A stretch of 64,000 nt of DNA from Ranitomeya imitator (taxonomy: Eukaryota). Below the pieces are notes generated by a model. The model searched no databases, was not told where the DNA came from, and saw nothing but the letters and a program-made list of their open reading frames with translations. The stretch spans positions 575,608,001 through 575,672,000 of the forward strand of contig NC_091287.1 of the NCBI RefSeq assembly GCF_032444005.1, in the 5' to 3' direction. Below, piece after piece: positions 27,501 to 35,957 of this stretch; the stretch's first letter is position 1; the number at the start of each line of letters is the position of its first letter. The position numbers and the translations under genes were made by a program.

Positions 27501-30091
27501 AGCACCTCCGTACCGTTAGTCGGTGCGGAGGGTCTTTTTGCGCCCTCTGTGTGGTTGTCTGTAGGTTTTTGTGCTGACCGCAAAGTTATCTTTCCTATCC
27601 TCGGTCTATTCAGTAAGTCGGGCCTCACTTTGCTAAAATCTATTTCATCTCTGTGTTTGTATTTTCATCTTTACTCACAGTCATTATATGTGGGGGGCTG
27701 CCTTTTCCTTTGGGGAATTTCTCTGAGGCAAGGTAGGCTTATTTTTCTATCTTCAGGGCTAGCTAGTTTCTCAGGCTGTACCCGAGGCGCCTAGGTCTGG
27801 TCAGGAGCGCTATACGGCTACCTCTAGTGTGGTGTGATAGGATTAGGGATTGCGGTCAGCAGAGTTCCCACATCTCAGAGCTCGTCCTATGTTATTAGTA
27901 ACTATCAGGTCATTTTCAGTGCTCAGGTCCATTGTGGTTCTAGATCACCAGTTCATAACAGATACTGGAATCATCATTCCTCCACATGTAATGAATATCT
28001 CCTGATCCTTTGTATTGTGTGTGGAGATTTCTCTTATATTGTTGAGGCGATCCAGTAACTTATATTAGGAGATCCATTACCTATTATTTTGGTGAGAAAT
28101 CCAGTCTCTTGCAATGTTGGAGGAGATCCAGTATCTTATATGGACAGGGCGGCCGATGGAGCGTCCAATGGGAGCTCTGCAAGGAGCGTTACTAAGAGCC
28201 AAGTGATACCATGCCAAACACCTGAGACATGGCGGCCGGTGGAGCATTCAATTGGAGCTCTGCATGGGGCGTTACTGAGAACCAAGAGTTACCATGTCAT
28301 ACCTCTGAGACAGGGCGGCTGGTGGAGCATCCAATGGGAGCTCTGCATGGAGTGTTACTGAGAGCCAAGAGTTACCATGTTTATACCTCTGAGATAGGGC
28401 GGCAGGTGGAGTGTCCAATGGGAACTCTGCAAGGAACATTACTAAGAGCCAAGAGCCACCATGTCATACTCCTGAGAAGGGGCGGCCGGTGGAGCGTCCA
28501 ATGGAACCTCTGTATGGGGCATTACTAAGAGCCAAGAGTCACCATGCCAAACACCAGAGATGGGGTGGCTGGTGGAGCATTCAATGGGAGCTGTGCATGG
28601 GGCGTTACTGAGAGCCAAGAGTTACCATGTCATTCTACTGAGACGGGGCATGCGGTGGAGCGACAGATGGGAGCTTTGCATGGAGCGTTACTGAGCCAAG
28701 AGTCACCATGTCATACTCCTGAGACAAGGCAGCCGGTGGAGTGTCAAACGAGAGCTCTGCATAAAGCGTAACTGAGAGCCAAGAGTTAGCATGTCAAGAC
28801 AGAGAGGCTGGTGGAGCGTCCAATGGGAGCTCTGCAAGGAGCGTTACTGAGAGCCAAGAGCCACCATGCCAAACACCAGAGATGGGGCGGCTGGTGGAGC
28901 GTCCAATGGGAGTTCTGCATGGGGTGTTACTGAGAGCCAAGAGTTACCACGTCATACTACTGAGACGGGGCATCTATTGGAGCGACCGATGGGAGTTCTG
29001 CATGGAGCGTTACTGAGAGCCAAGAGCCACCATGTCATACTCCTGAGATGGTATGTTGTGTTGTGAAGGAGATCCAGTATATTGTATTATGGAGGAGATC
29101 CAGTATATTATATTGTGGAGGAGATCCAGTATGTTATGTTGTGTAGATGATCTAGTATGTTGTGTTGTGGAGGAGATCAAGCATGTTGCGTTGTGTAAAT
29201 GATCTAATATGTTGTATTGTAGAGGAGATCCAGTATGTTGTATTGTGGTGATCCAGTATGTTGTTTTGTGGAAGAGATCCAGTATGTTGTATTGTGGAGG
29301 AGATCCAGTATGTTGTGTTGTGGAGGAGATCCAGTATGTTGTGTTGTGTAGATGATCTAGTATGTTGTGTTGTGGAGGAGATTCTTCATGTTTTGTTGTG
29401 GCGGAGATCCAGTATGTTGTGTTGTGGAGGAGATCCAGTATGTTGTTGTGTTGTGGAGGAGATCCAGTATTTTTTGTTGTGGAGGAGATCCAGTATGTTG
29501 TGTTGTGGAGGAGATCCAGTATGTTGTGTTGTGGAAGAGATCCAGCATGTTGTGCTGTGTTGTGGAGGAGATCCAGTATGTTTTGTTGTGGAGGAGATCC
29601 AGTATGTTGTGTTGTGGAGGAGATCCAGTATGTTTCTTTGTGGAGGAGATCCAGTATGTTGTGTTGTGGAGTGGTGGGGATATTTTCTTATATTGTAAGT
29701 GTTTGTTTTACCTGTACAATTTCCCTCTGGATCTCGGAAGCACGGACCACGAGGGATCCCAGGATCGGGACCTTTGCAGCTCGAATGCTCTGATTAATTG
29801 ACTCCAGAGTCAACAACTTCTTCTTGGGCATCATGTTGTGTCCTGCAAGATCCACAATGGTGAGAAAGAAACAAGATTCCGTACACCACACGCATCACAA
29901 ACATCTGACTCCCCAATATTACCACACACAAAACACCCCAATGTTATCACACACCTGACGGCCCAATATTATCACACTCCTGACGGCCCAATATTATCAC
30001 ATACCAAACACCCCAATGTTATGACACACCTGACGGCCCAATATTATCACATACCTGACGCCTGTCCTGAATCTACACTGAGCTGGTGCAT
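421..30091 (-). CDS. GPT: Alanine aminotransferase (GPT/ALT)-like gene, divergent paralog; 5' part only, continues left of window
   Basis: Exons join in frame through GT-AG sites: (M)[12 protein letters not shown]|[16 protein letters not shown]...EIVQ|GIHKPF...TFFRQ|[11 protein letters not shown]...GSVG|SYNPR...GASEAVL|SALSLVV...PYYPLY...NPGNPTG|HVLTLEN...FADE. Internal exon sizes 90/109/134/244/80 nt and their phases fit the vertebrate GPT layout as I recall it. Confidence 0.92.
568..1133. repeat. 30-bp minisatellite (GGACCRGTCATCGTGCCCYGTRTTATTATA), first block
   Basis: Direct tandem units with TATTATAGGAC core. Confidence 0.95.
1134..2390. mobile_element. LTR-like element family X, copy A (about 1.3 kb)
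   Basis: Starts TGTCATGAACCAGGG; collinear inverted homolog at 30103-31519 (visually about 75-80% identical); right boundary approximate, no TSD found. Confidence 0.55.
2419..3320 (+). mobile_element. Two head-to-tail copies (2419-2799, 2800-3320) of a Helentron/DINE-like non-autonomous element
   Basis: Both start ACTAG plus a stem-loop (CCCGAT...ATCGGG), contain (GACA)n and end CTTAGACAATTATATATATAG; AT-rich flanks, no TSD. Confidence 0.55.
2865..2942 (-). mobile_element. CR1 LINE 3' stub inserted in the second Helentron-like copy
   Basis: Matches 3' end of CR1 at 42174-44051 with (TTACTATG)n tail. Confidence 0.9.
3321..4911. repeat. 30-bp TATTATAGGAC minisatellite, second block, with an inverted segment at about 4371-4505
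   Basis: Tandem units; four to five units in reverse orientation. Confidence 0.95.
4508..4745 (+). mobile_element. V-SINE-like element, 5'-truncated
   Basis: Pol III B box GGTTCAAACC at 4523-4532, V-domain-like core GTTTGTATGTTCTCTCCGTGTTTGCGTGGGT...CTCCCACA, L2-like 3' tail ending in (ATT)n. Confidence 0.75.
5861..6406 (+). pseudogene. Gag N-terminal part of element 1, ended by premature TAG
   Basis: [13 protein letters not shown]... aligns with gag of element at 49120-54103, where the homologous codon is GAC. Confidence 0.85.
6410..10090 (+). CDS. Uninterrupted NC-PR-RT-RNaseH-IN-chromodomain polyprotein (1226 aa)
   Basis: [14 protein letters not shown] zinc knuckle, FVDSGA protease, YLDD RT, DAS/TDH RNase H, HHCC and D-D-E integrase, [10 protein letters not shown]...YLVKWKGY...NSW chromodomain. 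Confidence 0.95.
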   Translation: MSLAIQIGRRLRKRKSVHHLAVLPELKPEPMQCDRTLTRVERQEHRRLNGLCFYCGDSTHAISDCPKRTKRFARFATIGTVQSKFLLSVTLICSLSSYSVMAFVDSGAALNLMDLEYARRCGFFLEPLQCPIPLRGIDATPLAKNKPQYWTQLTMCMAPAHQEVIRFLVLHNLHDVVVLGLPWLQVHNPVLDWKSMSVSSWGCQGVRGDVPFLTISSSTPSEVPEFLSDYRDVFDEPKSDTLPPHRDCDCAIDLIPGSKFPKGRLFNLSVPEHSAMRSYVKESLEKGHIRPSSSPLGAGFFFVAKKDGSLRPCIDYRLLNKITVKFQYPLPLLSDLFARIKGASWFTKIDLRGAYNLVRIKRGDEWKTAFNTPEGHFEYLVMPFGLANAPSVFQSFMHDIFREYLDKFLIVYLDDILIFSDDWESHVKQVRTVFQVLRANSLFVKGSKCLFGVQKVSFLGFIFSPSTIEMDPVKVQAIHDWTQLTSLKSLQKFLGFANFYRRFICNFSSIAKPLTDLTKKGADVVNWSSAAVEAFQELKRRFSSAPVLCQPDVSLPFQVEVDASEIGAGAVLSQRGSDCSVMKPCAFFSRKFSPAERNYDVGNRELLAMKWAFEEWRHWLEGAKHRVVVLTDHKNLTYLESAKRLNPRQARWSLFFARFDFVISYLPGPKNVKADALSRSFVPDSPGLSEPAGILKEGVIVSAISPDLRRVLQKFQANKPDRCPAEKLFVPDRWTNKVISEVHCSVLAGHPGIFGTRELVARSFWWPSLSRDVRSFVQSCGICARAKPCCSRASGLLLPLPIPKRPWTHISMDFISDLPVSQKMSVIWVVCDRFSKMVHLVPLSKLPSSSDLVPLFFQHVVRLHGIPENIVSDRGSQFVSRFWRAFCGRMGIDLSFSSAFHPQTNGQTERTNQTLETYLRCFVSADQDDWVSFLPLAEFALNNRASSATLVSLFFCNSGFHPRFSSGQVESSDCPGVDTVVDRLQQIWTHVVDNLTLSQEKAQRFANRRRCVGPRLRVGDLVWLSSRHIPMKVSSPKFKPRFIGPYRISEVLNPVSFRLTLPDSFSIHNVFHRSLLRRYVAPMVPSVDPPAPVLVEGELEYIVEKILDSRVSRRKLQYLVKWKGYAQEDNSWVFASDVHAPDLVRAFHMAHPGRPGGSGEGSVTPPQGGGTVVNSVAQLPPVVTSGTSADSLCELPLVEESGTAASEFPSSGDVVKSLGAALFNST
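10736..11995. repeat. 30-bp TATTATAGGAC minisatellite, third block
   Basis: Tandem units continue the block interrupted by element 1. Confidence 0.95.
12008..12251 (-). CDS. GPT: GPT-like exon (244 nt) with PYYPLY and NPGNPTG
   Basis: Acceptor ttccgcag|AG, donor CAG|gtgagg; 81 codons +1; strong ALT similarity. Confidence 0.95.
12310..12510. repeat. 55-bp tandem repeat, about 3.7 copies
   Basis: CACCTCCAGAGCTGCACTCACTATTCTGCTGTTACATCGTGTCTTATCCTCCAGT. Confidence 0.9.
12535..14225. repeat. About 31-bp minisatellite (GAGGTCCAGTCTGGGGTTGTGAAGCCCCCAC)
   Basis: Degenerate units 12535-13200, homogeneous units 13200-14225. Confidence 0.95.
14235..14400 (-). mobile_element. Penelope GIY-YIG fragment
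   Basis: [17 protein letters not shown], similar to the Penelope endonuclease at about 18150-18300. Confidence 0.75.
14517..14650 (-). CDS. GPT: GPT-like exon (134 nt), [45 protein letters not shown]
   Basis: Acceptor ccacag|GC, donor CTG|gtgagt; RRD-GVP-DP-NI and GAS motifs; translated by hand (not in ORF track). Confidence 0.93.
14742..14850 (-). CDS. GPT: GPT-like exon (109 nt), [37 protein letters not shown]
   Basis: Acceptor tcctccag|GT, donor TGG|gtgagt; matches ALT VxALCxxPDLL...FPxDxKxRA. Confidence 0.94.
15215..15304 (-). CDS. GPT: GPT-like exon (90 nt), [30 protein letters not shown]
   Basis: Acceptor ctgcag|GG, donor CAG|gtgagt; homologous to ALT GxKKPFxEV...GD..AMGQxPITFxRQ. 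Confidence 0.92.
15578..15805. mobile_element. Possible T2-type (TTAA) MITE, partial
   Basis: TTAA followed by AGGGGTTGTC and internal GATCAGCTGCTCCC repeats; second terminus not clear. Confidence 0.35.
16220..17635 (-). mobile_element. Tc1/mariner DNA transposon; right TIR truncated
   Basis: TA then CAATACAGACCATAAGTTTGGACACACC terminus; 17580-17635 is the inverted copy of about 16430-16485. Confidence 0.93.
16383..17432 (-). pseudogene. Tc1 transposase with two C-terminal frameshifts
   Basis: Paired-like [21 protein letters not shown] (DD34E type) spread over frames. Confidence 0.92.
17636..19140 (-). mobile_element. Penelope-like element, 3' part (RT C-terminus and GIY-YIG endonuclease)
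   Basis: PQYANLFM...YRYIDD RT; [10 protein letters not shown]...[23 protein letters not shown]; frameshifted. Confidence 0.93.
19141..24570 (-). mobile_element. Gmr1-like Gypsy element (gag-PR-IN-RT-RH), degenerate but structurally complete
   Basis: LTRs 24139-24570 and 19141-19560, 5-bp TSD GGGCC, PBS TGGTGGCAG... (degenerate tRNA-Leu-like, from memory), PPT AAAAGGGGAG; domains recovered across several frames. Confidence 0.93.
24571..25170 (-). mobile_element. Penelope-like element, 5' part of RT, 5'-truncated
   Basis: MNTSDY...YMLPKIHK...PGRPII...[12 protein letters not shown]...GTAMG; joins 19140 in frame (GTAMGNKMA|PQYANLF). Confidence 0.93.
25867..26903 (-). mobile_element. L2-clade LINE, 3' fragment
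   Basis: [17 protein letters not shown]...SRLDYCN...[10 protein letters not shown]; (AAT)n tail; 23-bp tandem in 3' UTR. Confidence 0.92.
27147..27960 (+). mobile_element. Solo LTR of the chromovirus family (element 1 type)
   Basis: TGTTGTGAA...CATAACA, 814 bp, TSD GATACT. Confidence 0.95.
28140..29050. repeat. About 84-bp tandem repeat
   Basis: GGGCGGCTGGTGGAGC...GTTACTGAGAGCCAAGAG...CATGTCATAC units. Confidence 0.92.
29055..29670. repeat. 26-bp minisatellite (TATGTTGTGTTGTGGAGGAGATCCAG)
   Basis: Tandem units; degenerate units also at about 25850 and 28020-28140. Confidence 0.93.
29712..29842 (-). CDS. GPT: GPT-like exon (131 nt), (G)[43 protein letters not shown]
   Basis: Acceptor cttgcag|GA, donor CAG|gtaaaa; matches ALT N-terminus xLTLxxxNxxVxxxxYAVRGxIVxRAxExxxEL; phase 0 joins exon at 15304. 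Confidence 0.88.
29905..30060. repeat. CCCAATATTATCACACACCTGACG-type minisatellite (also 31548-31670)
   Basis: Same unit on both sides of the 30103-31519 element. Confidence 0.8.
30055..30091 (-). CDS. GPT: Candidate first coding exon [12 protein letters not shown](G)
   Basis: ATG at 30091, donor CAG|gtatgt, phase 1 matches next exon; but the donor overlaps a minisatellite unit and the ATG pair in the next exon could be the true start. Confidence 0.4.
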
Positions 30092-30102
30092 CTCTCTGCT
30101 AG

Positions 30103-31519
30103 TGTGACACACGCAGCAGATGTGGTTTTCCCCCACAGACACCCCCTCTTCCCACTGCCTAGAAAGCTCTCCTTCGCACTTACCTGCAGGTAATTCTAAA
30201 CCCCTCATTCCCCCCTCCCGCCTGATACCAGCTATAACTGGCACAGAAACTTTCAAACCGCATGGGCCTTCCCTTTGTTCTCTTAAACTGGAATATAATC
30301 GCGCAGCTTAGGTCTGGAAGCAGAACAAATAAATTTTTGGCCCCTGCCATCAGCCAGGCCATCACCCAGTGCGTTTTCCAATTTCCTGTACCCTTGGTAT
30401 CTGAGAAATGAATTACTGCTTAGTCGCGGTTCATAGCCAGGTCATGTTTGGTCTTAATAGAATGCTAGTCGTGATACAAGGTCAATGGTAATTCCATCGT
30501 CGCTATATGAGGTTGCATCCTGGAGCTACGGCGGATATGAATGTTCCATAACTCTGAGTCCCTCTGAGTAAGTAGGAGTGCATAGCTCCGCCCACTCAGT
30601 GATGTCACGACCAGAGGGCATATCTTAACCCTGCTGAGTTATGAGTCAGTCTTTGCCCAGAAAAAGAGCTAACAGCAGCTCAGCAAGCTGCTCCGATGCA
30701 CTCTGATGTTCGGCCCTCCCCCAGCCACATGGTTTGCCATGATCTGAAATTATATAAGAGAACTGTAAGTGTTATTTTCAACTTTAATCCCTTTTTATTT
30801 GTAATTGTTTGTACATGCGATACTTGTCTACTTTTATAATATCTTTATTATTATTATTATTATTATTTATTGTTATAGCGCCATTTATTCCATGGCGCTT
30901 TACATGTGAGGAGGGGTATACATAATAAAAACAAGTACAATAATCTTAAACAATGCAAGTCATAACTGGTACAGGAGGAATGAGGACCCTGCCCGCGAAG
31001 GCTCACAATCTACAAAGGATGGGTGAGAATACAGTAGGTGAGGGTAGAGCTGGTCATTTCATACTTTTGTAAACACTGCCTACCTTTTTAGAGTAAAATA
31101 GATAAAATTACTAGCTTTGTCTCTCATTGCTCTATAAAGTATTGTCACGTCCTCTGAAATGAATTACGCTACTAATTGGTGTTAACTCCGGACCAGTTAT
31201 TAATTATGAAATCGGAGCTGGTAGCCACGGATTTGTCCTGTGCATTTGGGAAACCTGGTAGCAACAGACGGTGTTGATAATTATCGTTCCCGCCTGTGTG
31301 GGAGTAGTTATATCACCCTCGCTGCAGTGTACCAATTAGCCAATACAAAGTAAGGCAGCCTTTCTGGTGACTAATTACCATAGGTGCAGTACCCTGTCTG
31401 ACCTGACGATAAGGGGGGCGCCAGAGAGCTGCAAGCTCCAAACCGGATCTGGGAAGTGGGATATAGATAAATCCCCTTCAGAAAGAATTGGGGCAACCAA
31501 ACAACCCTGGTTCATGACA
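30103..31519. mobile_element. LTR-like element family X, copy B, with L2 3' stub at about 30846-31057
   Basis: TGTGACA...TCATGACA ends; inverted homolog of 1134-2390; L2 tail interrupts the collinearity. Confidence 0.6.
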
Positions 31520-31669
31520 TATTGGTGTGAGTAATGTGATTCGTGACAACGCCCCAATGTGATCACACACCTGACACCCCAATGTTATCACACACCCAAC
31601 GCCCCAATGTTATCACACACCTGATGCCTCAAAATTATCACACCCGATATCCCAATATTATCATACACA

Positions 31670-32435
31670 CGTCACATACATCTACCACCCCCATCATCCC
31701 TACGTCACATACATCTACCACCCCATCATCCCTACGTCACATACATCTACCACCCCCATCATCCCTACGTCACATACATCTACCACCCCCATCATCCCTA
31801 CGTCACATACATCTACCACCATCATCCCTACGTCACATACATCTACCACCCCCATCATCCCTACGTCACATACATCTACCACCCCCATCATCCCTACGTC
31901 ACATACATCTACCACCATCATCCCTACGTCACATACATCTACCACCCCCATCATCCCTACGTCACATACATCTACCACCCCCATCATTCCTACGTCACAT
32001 ACATCTACCACCATCATCCCTACGTCACATACATCTACCACCATCATCCCTACGTCACATACATCTACCACCCCCATCATCCCTACGTCACATACATCTA
32101 CCACCCCCATCATCCCTACGTCACATACATCTACCACCATCATCCCTACGTCACATACATCTACCACCCCCATCATCCCTACGTCACATACATCTACCAC
32201 CCCCATCATTCCTACGTCACATACATCTACCACCATCATCCCTACGTCACATACATCTACCACCATCATCCCTACGTCACATACATCTACCACCCCCATC
32301 ATCCCTACGTCACATACATCTACCACCCCCATCATCCCTACGTCATATACATCTACCACCACCATCATCCCTACGTCACATACATCTACCACCATCATCC
32401 CTACGTCACATACATCTACCACCCCCATCATCCCT
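31670..32435. repeat. 33/30-bp minisatellite (CATCATCCCTACGTCACATACATCTACCACCCC)
   Basis: Two unit lengths, with higher-order duplication. Confidence 0.95.
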
Positions 32436-32680
32436 CCCGCCTGCTGCCCCTTCTTTCCCCTGCATCCCCCCCACATTACCTGGCTTTGGGGGTCTGCTTC
32501 TGGCTGCAAAGTGATTTTTCAGATCCTGGAGGAATCTCTCCCGGAGACGTCTGGGACCCCGTGATCTGGTTATAGTGTAATCAGGGGAGGGGTCACTTAT
32601 TAACTGCACAGGTCAAAGGTCGCTCAATCTTAAACTATACCAGATTTTAGGGAATTTGTCATGTGACCTCAGATGTCACC

Positions 32681-33307
32681 TGTGAGGCAGTGACCGGTGT
32701 TATTTACGAGGGTCGCAATGTGTCCCCCAGGATGCGCACACAAGCATATTGAGGCCGCGGGAGTGCACTGCAGGCCCAGACATAGCTGTGATTGCAATGC
32801 AAAATAAAAGTGAGTGTTGGCTTTGGGCAAGCTATTTGTCCAAGGCAGATTTAGGAAAACATGCCATGGGCTTTTATTTTTGAACCGGACTACAGGATGG
32901 CAGTGGGGCAGTCCGCTTCCTTTCCAAACAGGTCTTCCATGTGGCCGACGGCCATAAGTTCTTTGTAAAAACTCTGCAGCACGGGGTTGGGTGGGTCAGT
33001 TTGGTTTGGAAGCATACAGAGCAGAAAGCTCTCCCGAGCTGTGTGAAGCAACACAGATCCAACAGGCCTGGAACCCCTCAGCGTACACGGTGGTGCAGTT
33101 GCCCACGGCAAACGGTCCTGGTTGAGGATTATCTTGTTTCCTGGCTGCGATCCGGAGGATACTATTTTGCTTTCTGTTTGGGAGTACGCTGACTATTAAA
33201 AGAAACTGTTTTTCAACTTTCCTGGGTCACTGCCTGTGTAAGGACTGGGACTGCGTACCTGTTTTTGTCTGTTCTTGCCCTTAGTTCTGTTGGATTCGGC
33301 CCTTACA
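32681..33307 (+). mobile_element. Possible solo LTR
   Basis: TGTGAGG...CCTTACA terminal repeats and ATTAAA near 3' end; no TSD found. Confidence 0.35.
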
Positions 33308-35957
33308 CAAAATGGAGTGGCTGACCTCATGGGGGCCATCTTGTTTCCTGTCTGCTGCATATATAAAAGAACTTTGCACACTATACCTTGCTTGTGTACC
33401 TTGTACCTCACTTGCTGCCAAGCTCAAGGACTTGCAACCTGCATGTTTCTTCTATTCCTCGGGCTTTACGTACCACCGGAAAGACTCTGTTACTCTACAC
33501 CTGCTCTGCACCCACCTCCGCTACGGTCTGCCCCCCCACTAGGGGCCAGCCCGGGCTCTGACCTCTGGATTCTGCTTTGCTGGACTTGTGCTCGCACCCC
33601 CGGTCTGTACTTCTAATATCTGCATATTCTTGAGAATGTTTATTGCTTGCTTATCTGTACAGCCGCAGTTTACATCAGTCATCTGAAGTTCATCTTCCTA
33701 CTATATATATTTATTTTTTTTGAACTGTGATCTACCGTGTTTGTCGTCATTCTGACCCACATCATCGGTCTCCATAGAACATTAGCATAATCGTATTACA
33801 GCCTGTCTGTCACACCCCGTTGCGCTACATATGGTTAGAGAATTATTATTATTTATTTATTTATATAGCACCATTGATTCCATGGTGCTGTACATGAGAC
33901 GGGGTCACATACAAATAGAATGCGGGCAGTGTGAACTGAGGCATACCCAAAGCCTGCTGCATGTCAGTTATTAGGCCTGCGACACTGCAGCCCAAGCCTG
34001 CCGACAAGATGGAGGAGCTTTTAAAGCAGCTGGTCCTCACTTAGTTGCAATTTCAGCGGCAGCCGGGGCAACTGCAGTTACAGCAGCAGCAAGGGCCACA
34101 GGAGCAGTACAATCATCATCGGCAGCATAAGGCTAATGAGCTGATCCTGCAGCAGGTTGCTGCTATGCGAGGTGCACCCTCAACAGTGACCCCAATCTGT
34201 GCTGAGGCCCGGTACAAAGTCTGCACAGCGCTGAGGAAGAGGAGTCCTGAGGACGATATGGAGGCCTTCCTCACCGTGTTCGAGTGCATATCAGAGCGGG
34301 AGAGCTTGCCGATGTCACAGTGGGCTGAAGTGGTGGCCCCCATCCTGATGGGAGATGCCCAAAAGGCCAACGTGGACCTCAGTCAGGATGATGCACTGGA
34401 CTATGAGAAGCTGAGAGGTGAGATCCTTGCCCAACTGGGGGTTAATACATATGTGCGGGCTCAGTGGGTGTACCAGTGGTTCTTTGCGGAGTCTCATCCT
34501 GCCAGGTCTCAGGCTTATGACTTGCTGCAGCTGGTAAAAAATTGGCTCCAGCCTGAGACCTTAAGCCCATTCCAGATGGTAGAGAGGGTGGTGGTCGACC
34601 GGCTGGTGAGGGACCTGCCAGCAGCCATACAGCATTGGGTGGGGAAAGGGGACCCAGGCACTCTGGACCAGAGGGTTGGACTGATTGGGCGGTATACAGC
34701 CACCCAAGACTTTATTCGGGACACTGCTCCACTTTGGCTGTCACGTCAGGCACCACCAGCCCAGGAGCCATGAGTCCAGGAGTCCATGACCCTCCATAGG
34801 GACCAATCAGGACCAAGCCCGTACTGATGGGGTATCCCGAAGTGCCAGTGACAAGAGACCCAGTATCCCTAAATTGGCCCCAAGGTCTATTCGTACTGCA
34901 GCTATCAAGTGTTGGTGCCAAGGGCCTGGACATGTGGCTGACAACTGCCCCCTGACAGCTTAACCCATGGACTGCGGGTATACTCGCTGAGTATCTATAT
35001 GCCCAGCCAGTCTGCACCGCAACTACAGGCACTGCCGGTAGTGAACCTCAACTGTGCTAGGTACTCATCAATGGGTACCAGATGGACGCTCTCTTGGACT
35101 CGGGGAGCTTAGTAACTCTGGTCCATGGGTCCCTTGTTGCCGGGGAAAACTTCAATGGATGGAAAGTGGGGGTGGTGTGTATCCATGGGGAACTCTGGGA
35201 GTATCTGACTGATTTCCACCCCGTTTGGAGAAATAAAACATGTGGTGGGAGTAGTGAACACCCTTCCATATAGGACTGTGTTGGGAAGAGACTTGCCTCT
35301 GTTCTGGTCTTTGTGGGAGACCAGGGTTGACCCTCCCAAGGTACATGTTACTCTGGGCATGGAACCTGAAGTTACTCTGGGCACTGAACCTGGCCCAGGC
35401 ACGAGAAAGGGTGATAGAGATCAATGGAGTGACCCAGCAGCCATGTGCCGAGGCAGTTTTCCCCCGCATGGCAATCCAACAGGATTTGTTGTACAGGGTA
35501 GATAAAAGTTGGCATGAGGTGGTGGAACAGCTGGTGGTGCCCCAATCTTACCGTCAGGCGGTGCTCGACATGGCTCACACCCACATACTGAGAGGGCACT
35601 TGGGGGCCAAAAAAGATGCAGGAGTGCATTCTGCAGTGTTTTTTTTTGGCCTGGGGTCTATGCAAAGGTCCGGAGGTACAGTGACAAGTCTCCAGAGTGA
35701 CAACTATCCTCACCCACCGCAAACTACCAGAGTCCATTGGTACCTCTGTTCATCATAGAGGTACCATTTGAGCAGATAGCAATGGATCTGATAGGACCCA
35801 TGGTGAAATCCGCCCATCGCCATCAACATATTTTGGTCATAGTGGACTGCGCCACGCGGTACCCTGAAGCGATACCTCTCCGCCACACCTCAGCAAAACG
35901 AATAGCCCGCAAGCTGTTTGCCATGTTTTGTTGCCTTGGACTGCCAAAGGAGATCCT
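33308..35957 (+). mobile_element. Second Gmr1-like Gypsy (SCAN-like gag, PR, IN), 3'-truncated
   Basis: LTR with TATATAAAA ending GCTACA at 33829; split tRNA-Ala-like PBS; gag from 34009 with stops; LLDSGS protease followed directly by integrase (AMDLIGP...VDCATRYPEAIPL). Confidence 0.85.
33844..33916 (-). mobile_element. L2 3' stub inserted in the PBS
   Basis: Matches L2 tail at 25867; flanked by AGAAT duplication. Confidence 0.8.

Noticed and set aside
31543-32514. Pro/His-rich 323-aa ORF and antisense VVDVCDVGMM ORF
   Set aside because: Both unit lengths are multiples of 3, so open frames are expected without selection
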